From Nitrosopumilus sp. (lineage in GTDB: Archaea; Thermoproteota; Nitrososphaeria; Nitrososphaerales; Nitrosopumilaceae): a DNA stretch of 64,000 nucleotides. Both the position numbers and the translations under genes were made by a program. The notes under the pieces were generated by a model. The model worked only from the letters and a program-made list of their open reading frames with translations. It ran no database searches and was not told the DNA's origin. This document shows, piece after piece, positions 43,762 to 54,693 of this stretch (position 1 is its first letter; the number at the start of each line of letters is the position of its first letter). The DNA lies in NCBI GenBank assembly GCA_965223425.1, contig OZ245003.1:224001-288000 (forward strand). Reading direction: 5' to 3'.

Positions 43762-44162
43762 TGAAAATTGAAGTATTAGTACAGGGAGATTCTGATGTCA
43801 AACCCTATACTAAAACATATCATTATGATAAATCTGATGAATTGATCTTCATCGAATCTACAAAATTGATTAAAAAACATCTTTCAAACAATATGCGATT
43901 AAACATAAACGAAACCCTTGGATTGTTTATTGCATATATCATAACTTCGTTAAATGAATGTAAAACCCTTCTTGAAATTCAAGAACACATTCCAAAACTC
44001 CTTTTACCTCATCAAGTTATGATTGGTGTTCCTGAAAGCATGAGAAAATTGACTTTTACACTAACAACAAATGATATTGGTACTAAACAAATGTCTATTG
44101 TAACGCCGATACTCATTGATCAACACTTTCTTCATGAACAAAAACAGACAGTATGGGAGTAG
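43761..44162 (+). CDS. Divergent urease gamma-subunit-like protein
   Basis: MRLNINETL...LLPHQVMIGVPESMR aligns by eye with UreA LKLNYPEA...DVMEGVPEMI. Confidence 0.6.
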   Translation: MKIEVLVQGDSDVKPYTKTYHYDKSDELIFIESTKLIKKHLSNNMRLNINETLGLFIAYIITSLNECKTLLEIQEHIPKLLLPHQVMIGVPESMRKLTFTLTTNDIGTKQMSIVTPILIDQHFLHEQKQTVWE

Positions 44163-44171
44163 TGAGAGTGA

Positions 44172-44930
44172 TTGATTGAGACAATAATGGGAATGCTACA
44201 AGCCAATAATCCTTTTCTGATAATAATTGCAGGCTTGACAATTGGGTTATTGCATGCTTTTGAGCCTGACCATCTCAGTTCTGTTTCCACACAACTATTA
44301 AAAAATAATAACAAAACAAGCGATTCCAAAAAATCTAATTTGACGAGTTTGACCATTGCCTCTTCATTACGAGGAATACTTTGGGGAATGGGTCACACAT
44401 CCAGTATAATTTTGATTGGTTTGTTGATTGCAGGTTTATCATTGAACATTCCAGAGAATTTTTTCATTAGTGCAGAAGTTCTTGTTGGTTTTATGTTAAT
44501 TACTTTAGGAATTTTTGCATTTACAAATAAAACTATCTTTAAACAAAAACATGTTCATCCTCACACACACAAAAATGGAATTTCTCACACTCACTCTCAT
44601 TCACATAATTTAGATCATAAACATACTCACAAATCATATCTTATAGGATGCGTTCATGGAATTGCCGGTAGTGGTAGTCTTGTGGCGTTAGCCGCATCTA
44701 CTATGGCTGGACTTGATATGATGATTTACTTTCTAATCTTGTTTGGGATTGGTAGTATAATTGGCATGACTGTTGCAAGTGGTGTTATGGGGCTACCAAT
44801 AATCTTATTATCAAAAATAAACTCTGCTACTAAATATCTAAGATATGCAATTGCTGGCATCACTTTTATCATCGGTCTTGATATTGTAATTACAATTGCA
44901 CTAGATAACAAACTATTTTCATTAAACTAA
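44172..44930 (+). CDS. UreH/NiCoT-like nickel permease
   Basis: GLLHAFEPDH, WGMGHT, His-rich loop, GCVHGIAGSG. Confidence 0.88.
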   Translation: MIETIMGMLQANNPFLIIIAGLTIGLLHAFEPDHLSSVSTQLLKNNNKTSDSKKSNLTSLTIASSLRGILWGMGHTSSIILIGLLIAGLSLNIPENFFISAEVLVGFMLITLGIFAFTNKTIFKQKHVHPHTHKNGISHTHSHSHNLDHKHTHKSYLIGCVHGIAGSGSLVALAASTMAGLDMMIYFLILFGIGSIIGMTVASGVMGLPIILLSKINSATKYLRYAIAGITFIIGLDIVITIALDNKLFSLN

Positions 44931-44934
44931 ATTT

Positions 44935-45195
44935 TTAAAATAAATTGTAGTCTTGCCATTGAAACCTCACTTGTAGGATCTACAGTTGCAATTTTTCCAT
45001 CAGCTTTTGCTTCATATGTTTCAGGATTAACCTCGATGTTTGGTGTTAGATCATTATACATCATGTCTTTTTTTCCAATAAAACGACAATTTTTCCATTT
45101 CTTATTCCAATGTCTGCTTTAACAATTCCTAGAATAGGATCCATTACAATTGCATTTGTAATTACAAAATCAAGTGATTTTGCTCTAGTCATTCC
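44935..45195 (-). pseudogene. ureC: Urease alpha subunit remnant with catalytic core deleted
   Basis: LDFVITNAIVMDPILGIVKADIGIRNG joined to KNCRFIGKKDMMYNDLTPNIEVNPETYE...ADG...VSMARL. Confidence 0.88.
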
Positions 45196-45482
45196 GCACC
45201 CCATGCAACACCAAATCCTGGAATGAACATTAGTAGTTCAATAGTTGTGTTATGTGTGAAGATTACAAATGCATCAACATCTAAAACAAGTTCTTCAAAT
45301 TCAGATTTTGATGTTAATTCACATTAAGATGTTATTTTGACATTGTATCAATCAGTTACGCAGAACCTCCTAGAGTCAGCTAAATTCATCTTGGATGCAA
45401 GAGAATCCTGAAGAGAAAGTAGAATTTAGGCATAAAATAAATGATTTTATTAAATGAAAACAAGGGAAACCAGCAATTAAAA

Positions 45483-47669
45483 CTACCTGTAATAGGAAGC
45501 TACTAGTTTTTCGCCTAATTTGAGGTCTTTTTGTTCTCTAACTTTCTTCACTGCTTCTTCAAAGTGTTTCATGGTTACTTTGGCATCAATACTTTGTTTT
45601 TCAATATCCTTGACATCTGGATTGTCATCTAGGAATTTGTGAATGACTAGAGAAACTGCAGTATTGGCAATAGATGCCGTGTCTGCACCACTAAGTCCGT
45701 CAGTTATTTCAGCAAGTTTGTTAAAATCAACATGATCAGGATCACTTTTTTCGACGACTGTTGGTATTTTTTCAGCATTAATTTTCAAAATACTCTTTCT
45801 GCTTTCTTTATCTGGAAGCGGAATCTGAATGATCTTATCGAATCTTCCTGGCCTTAATAATGCAGGATCTATCATATCTGCTCTATTTGTTGCAGCCAAA
45901 ACTACAACCCCGTGCATGTTTTCCATTCCATCCAATTCTGTCAGTAGCTGACTGACAACTCTTTCACTTACTGCCGTCTCCCCTCCTGCCCCTCGTATTG
46001 GTGCAATGGAATCAATTTCATCAAAGAATACAACACATGGTGCGGATTGACGTGCTCTTTTGAAAATCTCTCTTATTCCTCTTTCGGATTCACCTACCCA
46101 TTTTGATAAAAGTTCAGGCCCTCTTACTGAAACAAAGTTTGCTTCACTTTGTGTGGCAACTGCTTTTGCAAGTAGAGTCTTTCCTGTACCACTTGGGCCG
46201 TGAAGTAAGATGCCTCTTGGCATACTGTGTCCTAGTTTATCATATAGGCCCGGATACTTCATTGGCCACTCTACGGCTTCTTGCAGTTCTCGTTTGACAT
46301 CTTCCAACCCCCCGACATCATCCCATTTTACATCTGGATTTTCAATGAAAACTTCTCTCATTCCTGATGGCGTTACTTCAATCAAGGCTTTTGTAAAGTC
46401 CTCATGATTTACAATTAGCTTGTCCAAAGTCTCTGGGGGTACTTTTTCTTCCTCCAAGTTTAGAATGGGAAGTAATCTCCTCAAACACTTCATTGCCGCC
46501 TCTTTACATAGATATTCCAGGTCTGCACCAACGTATCCATGACTTACTGCTGAAATTTTATCTACATTTACTTCCTCTGACAATGGCATATTTCTGCTGT
46601 GAATCAAAAGTATGTCTTTTCTTCCTTTTTTGTCTGGAACCTTGATCTCGATTTCCCTGTCAAATCTTCCCGGTCTCCTGAGTGCAGGATCGATTGCATT
46701 TGGCCTATTTGTTGCTGAAATGACAATTACTTTGCCTCTGGCCTCCAGTCCGTCCATTAATGACAACATTTGAGAAACAACCCTTCTCTCAACCTCACCG
46801 GTAACCTCTTCTCTTTTTGGTGCAATAGAATCAATCTCATCAACAAAGATAATTGATGGAGCTTTCTCTCTTGCTTCTTTGAAAATTTCTCTTAGCCTTG
46901 CTTCACTCTCTCCATAAAACTTGCTCATAATTTCTGGACCTGAAATACTGATAAAGTGGGCATTACTTTCGTTTGCAACTGCTTTTGCAAGTAGAGTCTT
47001 TCCGGTTCCGGGAGGGCCATACAGCAATACGCCTTTTGGTGCTTCGATTCCTAACTTTTCAAAAATTTCTGGGTGCCTTAATGGAAGTTCAATCATCTCT
47101 CTAACTTTTTTAATCTCATCTGTTAGCCCGCCAATGTCTTCGTATGTGACTTGTGGAACTCCACGTAAGGTCTCCCCTTTTTCTGCAATATGGAAAACAG
47201 TTTTTTGGGTAACTAGGACAGCATCAGCTGCCGGCGTTACTCCTATAACTTGAAAAGTTAAACGTCCACCAAAATATGGAACCATTACGTTATCCCCTTT
47301 AATCAAAGGAACGCTTTCTAAAGCATCTGCAAGATATCTCTCATCAATTGGAGGAATTGCTTCCAGTGGTGCTACTACTACTTTTTCTGCAGCCACTGCC
47401 TTTATCTTTCTAACCGAAATTGTATCTCCAATTGCAATTCCTGAATTATTCCTACCCAACCCATCAATTCTAATAATTCCTTTTCCTTCATCAGACGGAT
47501 ACAAAGGAAGACATTTTGCAACCGTTCTTCTTTTGCCTTTAATTTCTATAACATCGCCAGTAGAGGCATTAAGCGTATCCATGGAATCATAATCAATTCT
47601 TGCTACCCCCCTGCCAACATCTCTTGTATATGCTTCGAGAACTTTGAGAGATAGAGCATTTTGACTCAT
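45483..47669 (-). CDS. CDC48/VAT AAA+ ATPase
   Basis: [10 protein letters not shown]-domain, two AAA modules ([27 protein letters not shown]). Confidence 0.96.
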   Translation of the reverse strand: MSQNALSLKVLEAYTRDVGRGVARIDYDSMDTLNASTGDVIEIKGKRRTVAKCLPLYPSDEGKGIIRIDGLGRNNSGIAIGDTISVRKIKAVAAEKVVVAPLEAIPPIDERYLADALESVPLIKGDNVMVPYFGGRLTFQVIGVTPAADAVLVTQKTVFHIAEKGETLRGVPQVTYEDIGGLTDEIKKVREMIELPLRHPEIFEKLGIEAPKGVLLYGPPGTGKTLLAKAVANESNAHFISISGPEIMSKFYGESEARLREIFKEAREKAPSIIFVDEIDSIAPKREEVTGEVERRVVSQMLSLMDGLEARGKVIVISATNRPNAIDPALRRPGRFDREIEIKVPDKKGRKDILLIHSRNMPLSEEVNVDKISAVSHGYVGADLEYLCKEAAMKCLRRLLPILNLEEEKVPPETLDKLIVNHEDFTKALIEVTPSGMREVFIENPDVKWDDVGGLEDVKRELQEAVEWPMKYPGLYDKLGHSMPRGILLHGPSGTGKTLLAKAVATQSEANFVSVRGPELLSKWVGESERGIREIFKRARQSAPCVVFFDEIDSIAPIRGAGGETAVSERVVSQLLTELDGMENMHGVVVLAATNRADMIDPALLRPGRFDKIIQIPLPDKESRKSILKINAEKIPTVVEKSDPDHVDFNKLAEITDGLSGADTASIANTAVSLVIHKFLDDNPDVKDIEKQSIDAKVTMKHFEEAVKKVREQKDLKLGEKLVASYYR

Positions 47670-47773
47670 ACAGAAAAGCATTCTGTCTAATTTTTATATC
47701 TTTGTGGCAATTCTCCTAAATTACAAGGAATAATCACAAGCTTAAAATTCTCAGTGCGTACGAACCGATCAAC

Positions 47774-48508
47774 TTGGGCAAGAGACCGTTAGTTAGAAGA
47801 CGTGGCCGTGGAGGAAATCAATTCAGGTCTACTTCTACTGGAAAAGTGGGCTCCGGGGCAAATTATCCTCGTTTTCCGCTATCAGAACAACATGCAGGTG
47901 AAATTATCGACTTGGTTCATGAACGTGGCAGAGAAGCACCACTAGCTAAGGTGCGATTTGAGGATGGATCTGTCTCATTTGTTCCTGCAGTATTGGGAAC
48001 TAAAGTAGGCGCAACCTTACAGTTTGGATTAAAATCAAAAATTGAACAAGGAAATGTAATTAGCATTCAAAACATTCCTGATGGAACAATTGTATGTAAT
48101 ATTGAAAAGCACTTTGGAGATGGTGGCGCTATAGTCAAATCTGCAGGCACTGATGCGACTGTTTTTTCTCATGGTGATGAAGGTGTTACTGTTAAACTGC
48201 CATCTGGAAAATTTACTACCCTGAATCCAAAAAACAGGGCAATGATTGGTACCCTTGCCGGCGGAGGAGCCAGTGAAAGACCGTTTATGAGTGCAGGTGG
48301 TAAATGGAGAAACTTCAAAGCAAAAGGAAAGAAATATCCGATTGTTAGAGGTGTTGCTCAGGCAGCTTATGTTCACCCACACGGCGGTGGCCGTCATCAA
48401 CACGTTGGACAAAGTTCAACTGTTTCAAGGGATGCGCCTCCTGGTGCCAAGGTAGGCAGCATTGCTGCCAGAAAGACTGGTAGAGCTAGAATTAAAGAAA
48501 GAAAGTAA
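47774..48508 (+). CDS. rpl2: 50S ribosomal protein uL2
   Basis: RRRGRG, VRGVA...HPHGGG, PPGAKVG. Confidence 0.97.
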   Translation: MGKRPLVRRRGRGGNQFRSTSTGKVGSGANYPRFPLSEQHAGEIIDLVHERGREAPLAKVRFEDGSVSFVPAVLGTKVGATLQFGLKSKIEQGNVISIQNIPDGTIVCNIEKHFGDGGAIVKSAGTDATVFSHGDEGVTVKLPSGKFTTLNPKNRAMIGTLAGGGASERPFMSAGGKWRNFKAKGKKYPIVRGVAQAAYVHPHGGGRHQHVGQSSTVSRDAPPGAKVGSIAARKTGRARIKERK

Positions 48509-48557
48509 CTTCTCTTTAACCGAAAATTGATTAATAGCTCACAGAAATATGATTTGA

Positions 48558-48839
48558 ATGTCAAACCAAAGAATTAGAATTTTTGTAACCGGCAAAGTGC
48601 AAGGTGTGTTTTTTCGTCAGGCTCTAAAAGTGATGGCAAAGAAAAACGATGTTTTTGGATGGGTAAAAAATCTCAGTGATGGTAGAGTTGAAGCTGTTTT
48701 GGAAGGAGACGAAGAGAATGTTAATAGACTAATTGAATGGTCTCATGGAGGACCTGCTAATGCTAGAGTTGAAGATGTAGAAATACGCAATGAAAAATTT
48801 ACTGGCGAGTTTTCAAAATTTGATGTTTTGTATCAATGA
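48558..48839 (+). CDS. acyP: Acylphosphatase
   Basis: GKVQGVFFR, GWVKNLSDGRVE. Confidence 0.95.
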   Translation: MSNQRIRIFVTGKVQGVFFRQALKVMAKKNDVFGWVKNLSDGRVEAVLEGDEENVNRLIEWSHGGPANARVEDVEIRNEKFTGEFSKFDVLYQ

Positions 48840-48856
48840 ATTTCTTCATATGCCTC

Positions 48857-49400
48857 GTAAGATGTTAGGTTGACCACAGCACCTCTAGCAGCTTCTCAGT
48901 CAGGTTCAGCCCCTGCTTGCGCTAGGTCAGCATGCACGTCAGTATCCCTCCGAACATTCTCATGCCACCCTTAGTTGCCAGCCTCTGGCGTATCTTGCGG
49001 TGAATCACGACCTTGCGCAACATGCGTTCGGACTCGTTGTTGGTAGGCTCTATCCTTGGATGCCCCACAAACATGTACAGGTTCTCTACGGCGTTCTCAA
49101 TGATCATGCTAAATCTGATACCGAGATTCTTGTATTCCTTTGCTATTCTCCGGATCCTGCACACCATGGAATTGACGATGCCGCACTCAATTCTTCTGCC
49201 TCATCTTTGCGTCATAGTACAGCGTCTTCAATTTTTCATGCAGCAGCCCAGTATGCACATTGACTGCTGCAGCTTCGGTCTCTTGCAGTATGTGCGACCA
49301 ACAGCGCTGCCGTATTCCAAACGCGTTGTACCAGGCATAACCATCGACAGTCAGCGGCTTGCCCAGACAGTGTGAGTAGTGCAGCTCCACTACAGTAGTT
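48857..49400 (-). mobile_element. IS66-family remnant (transposase C-terminus plus right end)
   Basis: VDGYAWYN...QRCWSHILQ, IEPTNNESERMLR; terminal GTAAG at 48857. Confidence 0.8.
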
Positions 49401-50251
49401 TGTTGCAGAACTTGGATTCTAGGCACGAAATTTACCCAACTTTTGACTGGCTTAGGCGTGTTATGCAACACCTATGTTAACCACCGGACGTGTTGTGGCA
49501 ACGCATCCCAGTTGTATTTCCGATCCGTGCCTACTTGTACGGTACAAGATTTATAGCTAACGCTGGAGAGATAATTTGGTGGGATGACATGCCAATCACC
49601 TCTGGCGTGCCTTTTCCATCTTGGCAAGCTTGCGTTTGTACAGTCCCTCGTTTCGGGACTCGTATGGTGTCCTGGTCTTGAGTATGTGCCACGCTATGGT
49701 TATCATCTTGTTGGCGACAGTCACTATGGCAAGTGCATGCTTGCCTGCATGTCTTCTCTTGGAAGACTCGTAAACTGCCTTCATTCTAGTATCATGAATT
49801 ACCGCCGTGTTTGCAGCCTCGCACATAACCCAGTTGACCAGACTGTTGGTGTCAAGCTTTTTGATTCTGCCCATGTAGTTTTTGTCGCCTGACTGGTGTA
49901 TCGCCGGACACAGGCCTGCCCATGAGACGAGATTCTTTGGGGTCTCGAATCTGACAATGTCGGCTATCTCGACGGCAAGCAGCAGTGCAGAGTAGATTCC
50001 CATGCCAGTCATGCTGGCAAGAAGTTTTGCATCCTCGTTTAGCGATGCCTCCTTTTCCAGGTGTTCATCCATGTGTCTTATCTCCTCGGTAAGGCCCCTT
50101 ATCTACCGGGCACACTGACTCGGTACTATTTCGTCATGTACGGATCCCAGGCTTGCAGACTCCATCTGTTCTACGGCCTTTATGGCATACATCTCAGAGG
50201 CATCGATTTTCACATCGTATCTGTCAAGCAGGCTGTGGACGCGGTTTATCA

Positions 50252-51603
50252 CAGTAGATGAAAATGTACTCTTGACTCGCCCGGGATCCAAGTTTTAGAC
50301 CAACTGTGAAAACAATTCGGACAGAAAAAGCAATTGATCAGTGCCCCTGTCATTCCTTATGCATTACCAAAAAGATCAACTGGGACACCGTCTTGATACG
50401 GCAGGCAAGGCATTTAAAATGTTGCCTGACATTGTAGACGCGGTAGGCCTCAGCTTCTCTGGGAGACACAACGCGCTATACGGCATGGAGGATTTTATAC
50501 GGGCAGTCATATCGATGTGCAAGTCAGGCTCGTATGCCTCCGGCATCACACAGATGCTCTCAGTACGCCACGCCGCGAGCCGCATACCGTCATCGGTGTG
50601 GGTTCCGGGGAAGATAAGGGACGCATGTTCTGACAGGCACATCATGGAGAAGAGGTGCCGGGAGATGGTGCGCAAGACCGTACTGTGCGCAACACAGGCA
50701 GGCCTCCTGCGCAGAACCCCGCATGTTATGGCAATTGACACGCACAACATACCGCGGTACGACAGGAGCTCCGATACCAGAGAAAAACAGCTGGTGCGCT
50801 CAAAACACAGGAATGGAACCACCAGGTTTGAGGGATACGCCACGATGCAGTGCGTGGACAGGCCCAACCTTGATGTGGCATGCAGGCCCCTCAAAAAGGG
50901 GTACAAACCTGCCTGTATCGTGCGTGATCTGCTGCAGGACTGCGCCGATGTGGGGGTTCGGTGCAAACTGCTGCTGCTGCTTGACCGCGGATTCTTTTCA
51001 AGCGATGTCATAAGGGAGATCCGGCAGGCAGATCACGGATTCATCATGCCGGCATCAAAAACTTTTGCAATAAAAAGGGCAATACTGGATCACCACGACG
51101 GCAAGAGGGATGCAGTCTCCACGCACACGCTTATGACACGCAAGCACAAGCAGGGCCAGTCGTTTCGGCTGGTCATTGTGGCAAAAAAGAAGGGAGATAG
51201 GGGGGGGATGGGATTCGGAGAAGATACCGGACAGATATTTGGCGTATGCCACCAACCTTGACTGCCGTAACCCGCTCTTTGAGACAGAAGGGATTCCAGA
51301 GGAGTACAAAAAGAGGCGGGGCATAGAAACGGGGTACCGGGACGCAGAGAGATCAAGGCCCAAAGCCACCGGCCAGAACGCAGTCATCAGAATATTTCTG
51401 TTCTTTATGGCACTTGTAATGTATAATTTGTGGGTAATATCGGCTGCAAGATCCAGGAGATGCAATGGAGGGCGGCGTGATGTTGCCGTTATTCCTCTGC
51501 TGATAATGTTCGAGCTGATGGAAAAATTTTCTGCTGATGTGGTTCCTGGCAGGGGGATTTGGCTAGAACAGCCGTCTGCTGGCTAGTACATTTTCATCTA
51601 CTG
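50252..51603 (+). mobile_element. ISH3-family insertion sequence (frameshifted transposase 50359-51586)
   Basis: 19-bp perfect TIR CAGTAGATGAAAATGTACT; 5-bp TSD TATCA; AIDTHNIPRY, LDRGFFS, YKKRRGIETGYR. Confidence 0.92.
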
Positions 51604-51654
51604 TATCACGCGTGTCCTGTCCTGTACGGTTCTGATCCTCTGTCTGACCATGGC

Positions 51655-51764
51655 CCGGACTCCTCTTGTGTCAGCTGACGGCACATAACACATGCACCGC
51701 CAGCAAAACTATCTGAAGGTAATGGTACCGGACTCCTCTTGTGTCAGCTGACGGCACATAACAC
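51655..51764. repeat. Repeat-insert-repeat unit (exact 37-bp duplication around 36-bp insert, period 73)
   Basis: CCGGACTCCTCTTGTGTCAGCTGACGGCACATAACAC at 51655 and 51728. Confidence 0.95.
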
Positions 51765-52451
51765 TCTGGTATTGAATCCATCCTCAATACGTTTGCTATC
51801 TTTTGTGCGTCAATCTTGTCTGTCTTCTTTCCCGTCTTTGCAATTATTGCCATCTTGTAGGTGTTGGCAAGCTTTATGTCGATTCCATGTCTCTCAAAGG
51901 CGCCGTATGTGATGTTCCACATGTTGCCCGTCGTCTCGCATGCTGCCTGACATCTTCTGGCAGAATACCTGAGTGCCGTCTGTTCTGCGAATCTGTCTGC
52001 ATCTGAGACGGTGTTTTGATACTGGCCAGTATGCAAAACCTTTCCCTTCCAGTCCATGACGCATACGTCACATTTTCTCTTTCCAATGTCTATTCCTATG
52101 CTGATTGTTCCTTTGCTCATCCTTTCTATCACCTCCTTTCGGATCTTTGACGGATCGGAAGCTGCATACACCTATCAGGGCGCAAGGCCCAGTCACACAG
52201 CAGCTCGGACTGCCCCATTCAAGATCAAGGGCGCATGGCCCATATGCATACAGGGGTCGATTCATCACTACAGCTACGACGAGGTGGTTATCATGTGTTC
52301 AAACTAGTGCTCAGGGCTTGTGTATTTTCCTAACCTTTTCTTCCAGACCCACACACCCTTGTTTCCAGTGACAGTAAGGTCGGTGCGCCTGTTCTTTATC
52401 GACCTTGCATACTCGGAGAAGGGGTGAACTACTTTTTGGACTATACAACAC

Positions 52452-52943
52452 CTAGAATTCCCATCCTTCCATTCTGAACATATCCATGACATCAATTGTC
52501 TTTATGCTATATTTCTGACAAACGAATGGAATTCTAATCTTCTCTCCTCTGGTTCTTTCCTCCGTTACTACCATTCTTGTCACTGGAGATAAAGTCTGCT
52601 GTAAACTTGTTGTAGCATCTACGGCCAACGCGATAACTCATACATCTGCGTCATATTTTCTAGATTCATTTACAAGAGCAGGATATTCTCTCAACATGTC
52701 CGTAGCAATTTCTATCTGTCTATTTGTTGGTTCTCGAAACAAACCCGTCTGTTCTTTAGCCCACTCTGCTAACTGATCATCTCTCTGAGTTATCTCGTAC
52801 AGTACTTCTTTTGGCGCCATCAACAAACCACTTTTGATCAAAGATGTCAGATTTTTCCAAACCGTTGGATAAACATCCATAGGATTGTGTCGATGCAGTT
52901 CTATTAATGACGACGAATCTATGATGTAGTTATTTGGTGTCAT
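52452..52943 (-). pseudogene. DUF4411/PIN-like nuclease with one in-frame nonsense codon
   Basis: YIIDSSSLI...YDADV*VIALA...VVTEE...IRIPFVC...EGWEF*; TGA at the expected Trp. Confidence 0.82.
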
Positions 52944-54085
52944 CTCTTTGCCTTGGCTAGAACCTTCTCAAAGTTTCTTGACTTGATCGACAGATAACTC
53001 AGGGCATCAGTGTATGTTATTATATCCTTATCAAAATTATTGGCGACCAAAGAGACAAACCTGTTTCCAACCTCAGAAAGACATCTTTTGTCAGGCGACA
53101 CGACAATTCCCTTCTGTCCAGATTCTGTTTTCTTCTTGTTTTTGGAAACCGGTCTGCCAAGAACACTTTCAAACTCTGCCTTTGAGATGTGATTCAGATT
53201 TAGCATTTTGTGTAAAAGCACGGCTTTGCTGACCTTGTATTTTTTGGACAGCTTGTTCAGCGTTTCCGTATCGGTAAACTGCGTGTCTTCTTGAAACAAA
53301 TCTTCGTCTGTTTGTTCAGGCAACAAAAACGAAGACGAGAATGCATTGCACCATTTCTCTGTGTTGTTTCTTTCTACTGACGATTCCTTTGGAATGTCTA
53401 TTACAGTATCTCCGAGAAGAACATGACCAAACTCATGCATGAGCGTAAACAACCTTGCTTCTATACTGTCTTTTGAATTGACTACTATAACTGCCGGTAG
53501 TTCGTCTACTAATGCAAACCCCCTTGCATCCTCAATCTGCATTGAAAACTGGAAGACAAGAATGTTTACGTCTTCTAAAACGTCCCTCAGGTAATTAAAC
53601 AGCCTGTAAGCATCTCTGAATTGTATCTGTCTTTTCAATGTAAGGTCAAACATCCTCCTGTATTTCACGGCAGTGGCATTGGGATCATCTGTCAGGCTGG
53701 CCTTTTTTATTTTTGGTTTTGTATCACTTTTTATGTTCAAAGAGAGCTCCATTCCAAGATCTTGGAGGTTTCTTGATTTTCTAATTGCAAGAATTGTTTT
53801 TTTATCAAATACATCTTTTCTGCCTGGTAGGAATCGGTAGTCTCTCGGCAACGGCATTTGTTTCCTAGGTTCTGACAAAAGGAATGATGCCAAAGGATAC
53901 TTGTATAGCGATGCCATGTTTTTTAGCTGTCTTAACGTAGGGGATTTTGCTCCAGCTTCCAGGTCTTGGATGATCTGTAGAGTAGTGTTTAATCTCTTAC
54001 TTACTTCTTCTATTTTCCACCCGGAGCTCTCTCTGAGCCATTTCAGCACCTTTGGCTCCATCTTTACAACTAGTGGCTTTGTCAC
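52940..54085 (-). CDS. XRE-HTH plus ImmA/IrrE (M78) metallopeptidase
   Basis: N-terminal HTH, RLFTLMHEFGH, EKWCNAFSSSFLLP, KYKVS. Confidence 0.9.
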   Translation of the reverse strand: MTKPLVVKMEPKVLKWLRESSGWKIEEVSKRLNTTLQIIQDLEAGAKSPTLRQLKNMASLYKYPLASFLLSEPRKQMPLPRDYRFLPGRKDVFDKKTILAIRKSRNLQDLGMELSLNIKSDTKPKIKKASLTDDPNATAVKYRRMFDLTLKRQIQFRDAYRLFNYLRDVLEDVNILVFQFSMQIEDARGFALVDELPAVIVVNSKDSIEARLFTLMHEFGHVLLGDTVIDIPKESSVERNNTEKWCNAFSSSFLLPEQTDEDLFQEDTQFTDTETLNKLSKKYKVSKAVLLHKMLNLNHISKAEFESVLGRPVSKNKKKTESGQKGIVVSPDKRCLSEVGNRFVSLVANNFDKDIITYTDALSYLSIKSRNFEKVLAKAKR

Positions 54086-54235
54086 ATCAATCCCTCACTT
54101 TGGCTGATCAGAAAGTTCTGTTCAGATGCCATACTCTATACTCCCCAGACTCTTCTTTATCTGTGCTTGTAGAATCCAGAAATGTACCGTATACAATCAG
54201 ATATTCATATAACACAATAACTTGATCTAACCATA

Positions 54236-54475
54236 ATGACTTTGATCATAGCCGATATTGGGGTTAACTGGGATGGGGACTTGGGCATTGTGGAAAAAAT
54301 GATTTCCAAATCAAAAGAGGCAGGCTGTAATGCAGTAAAATTTCAGGCATACAAAAAAGAGCAAGTCGAGAAGCATCAAGAAAGCTCAAGACTAGAAAAA
54401 GCAGCTATTTCTCAAGATAATGTCGGCTCCATTAATGATACCTGTGAAAAAATTAGGCTACAATTTTTCAAATAA
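54236..54475 (+). pseudogene. N-terminal fragment of NeuB/PseI-type nonulosonate synthase
   Basis: IIADIGVNWDGD...AGCNAVKFQ, truncated at 79 aa. Confidence 0.8.
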
Positions 54476-54693
54476 ACTTGAAAATGACATGAAAAGATAC
54501 GAGCCAGAGCTTAGAATCTGACACATTTTTTAATTCTAAACGACTGGGATAACTTTGGGTTTTGTCGAGGCATTTTTCTCAAAATCTAAAAGTGCAAGAT
54601 CATGATTCTCCAAATCACGCTAGCAATGGTTCACAGTCGGATAAGAGACAATTTTGTATGGGAGGCTAGGATCATATATTCTATATTAAAAAA

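Larger units (their letters stand above)
49466..52454 (-). mobile_element. IS110-family element interrupted by an ISH3-type IS and a repeat-insert-repeat
   Basis: Recombinase 52120->49596 (GIDIG, ACETTG, KTDKID, SWAGLCP..HQSG); 9-bp direct repeat CAACACCTA at 49466 and 52446. Confidence 0.85.
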
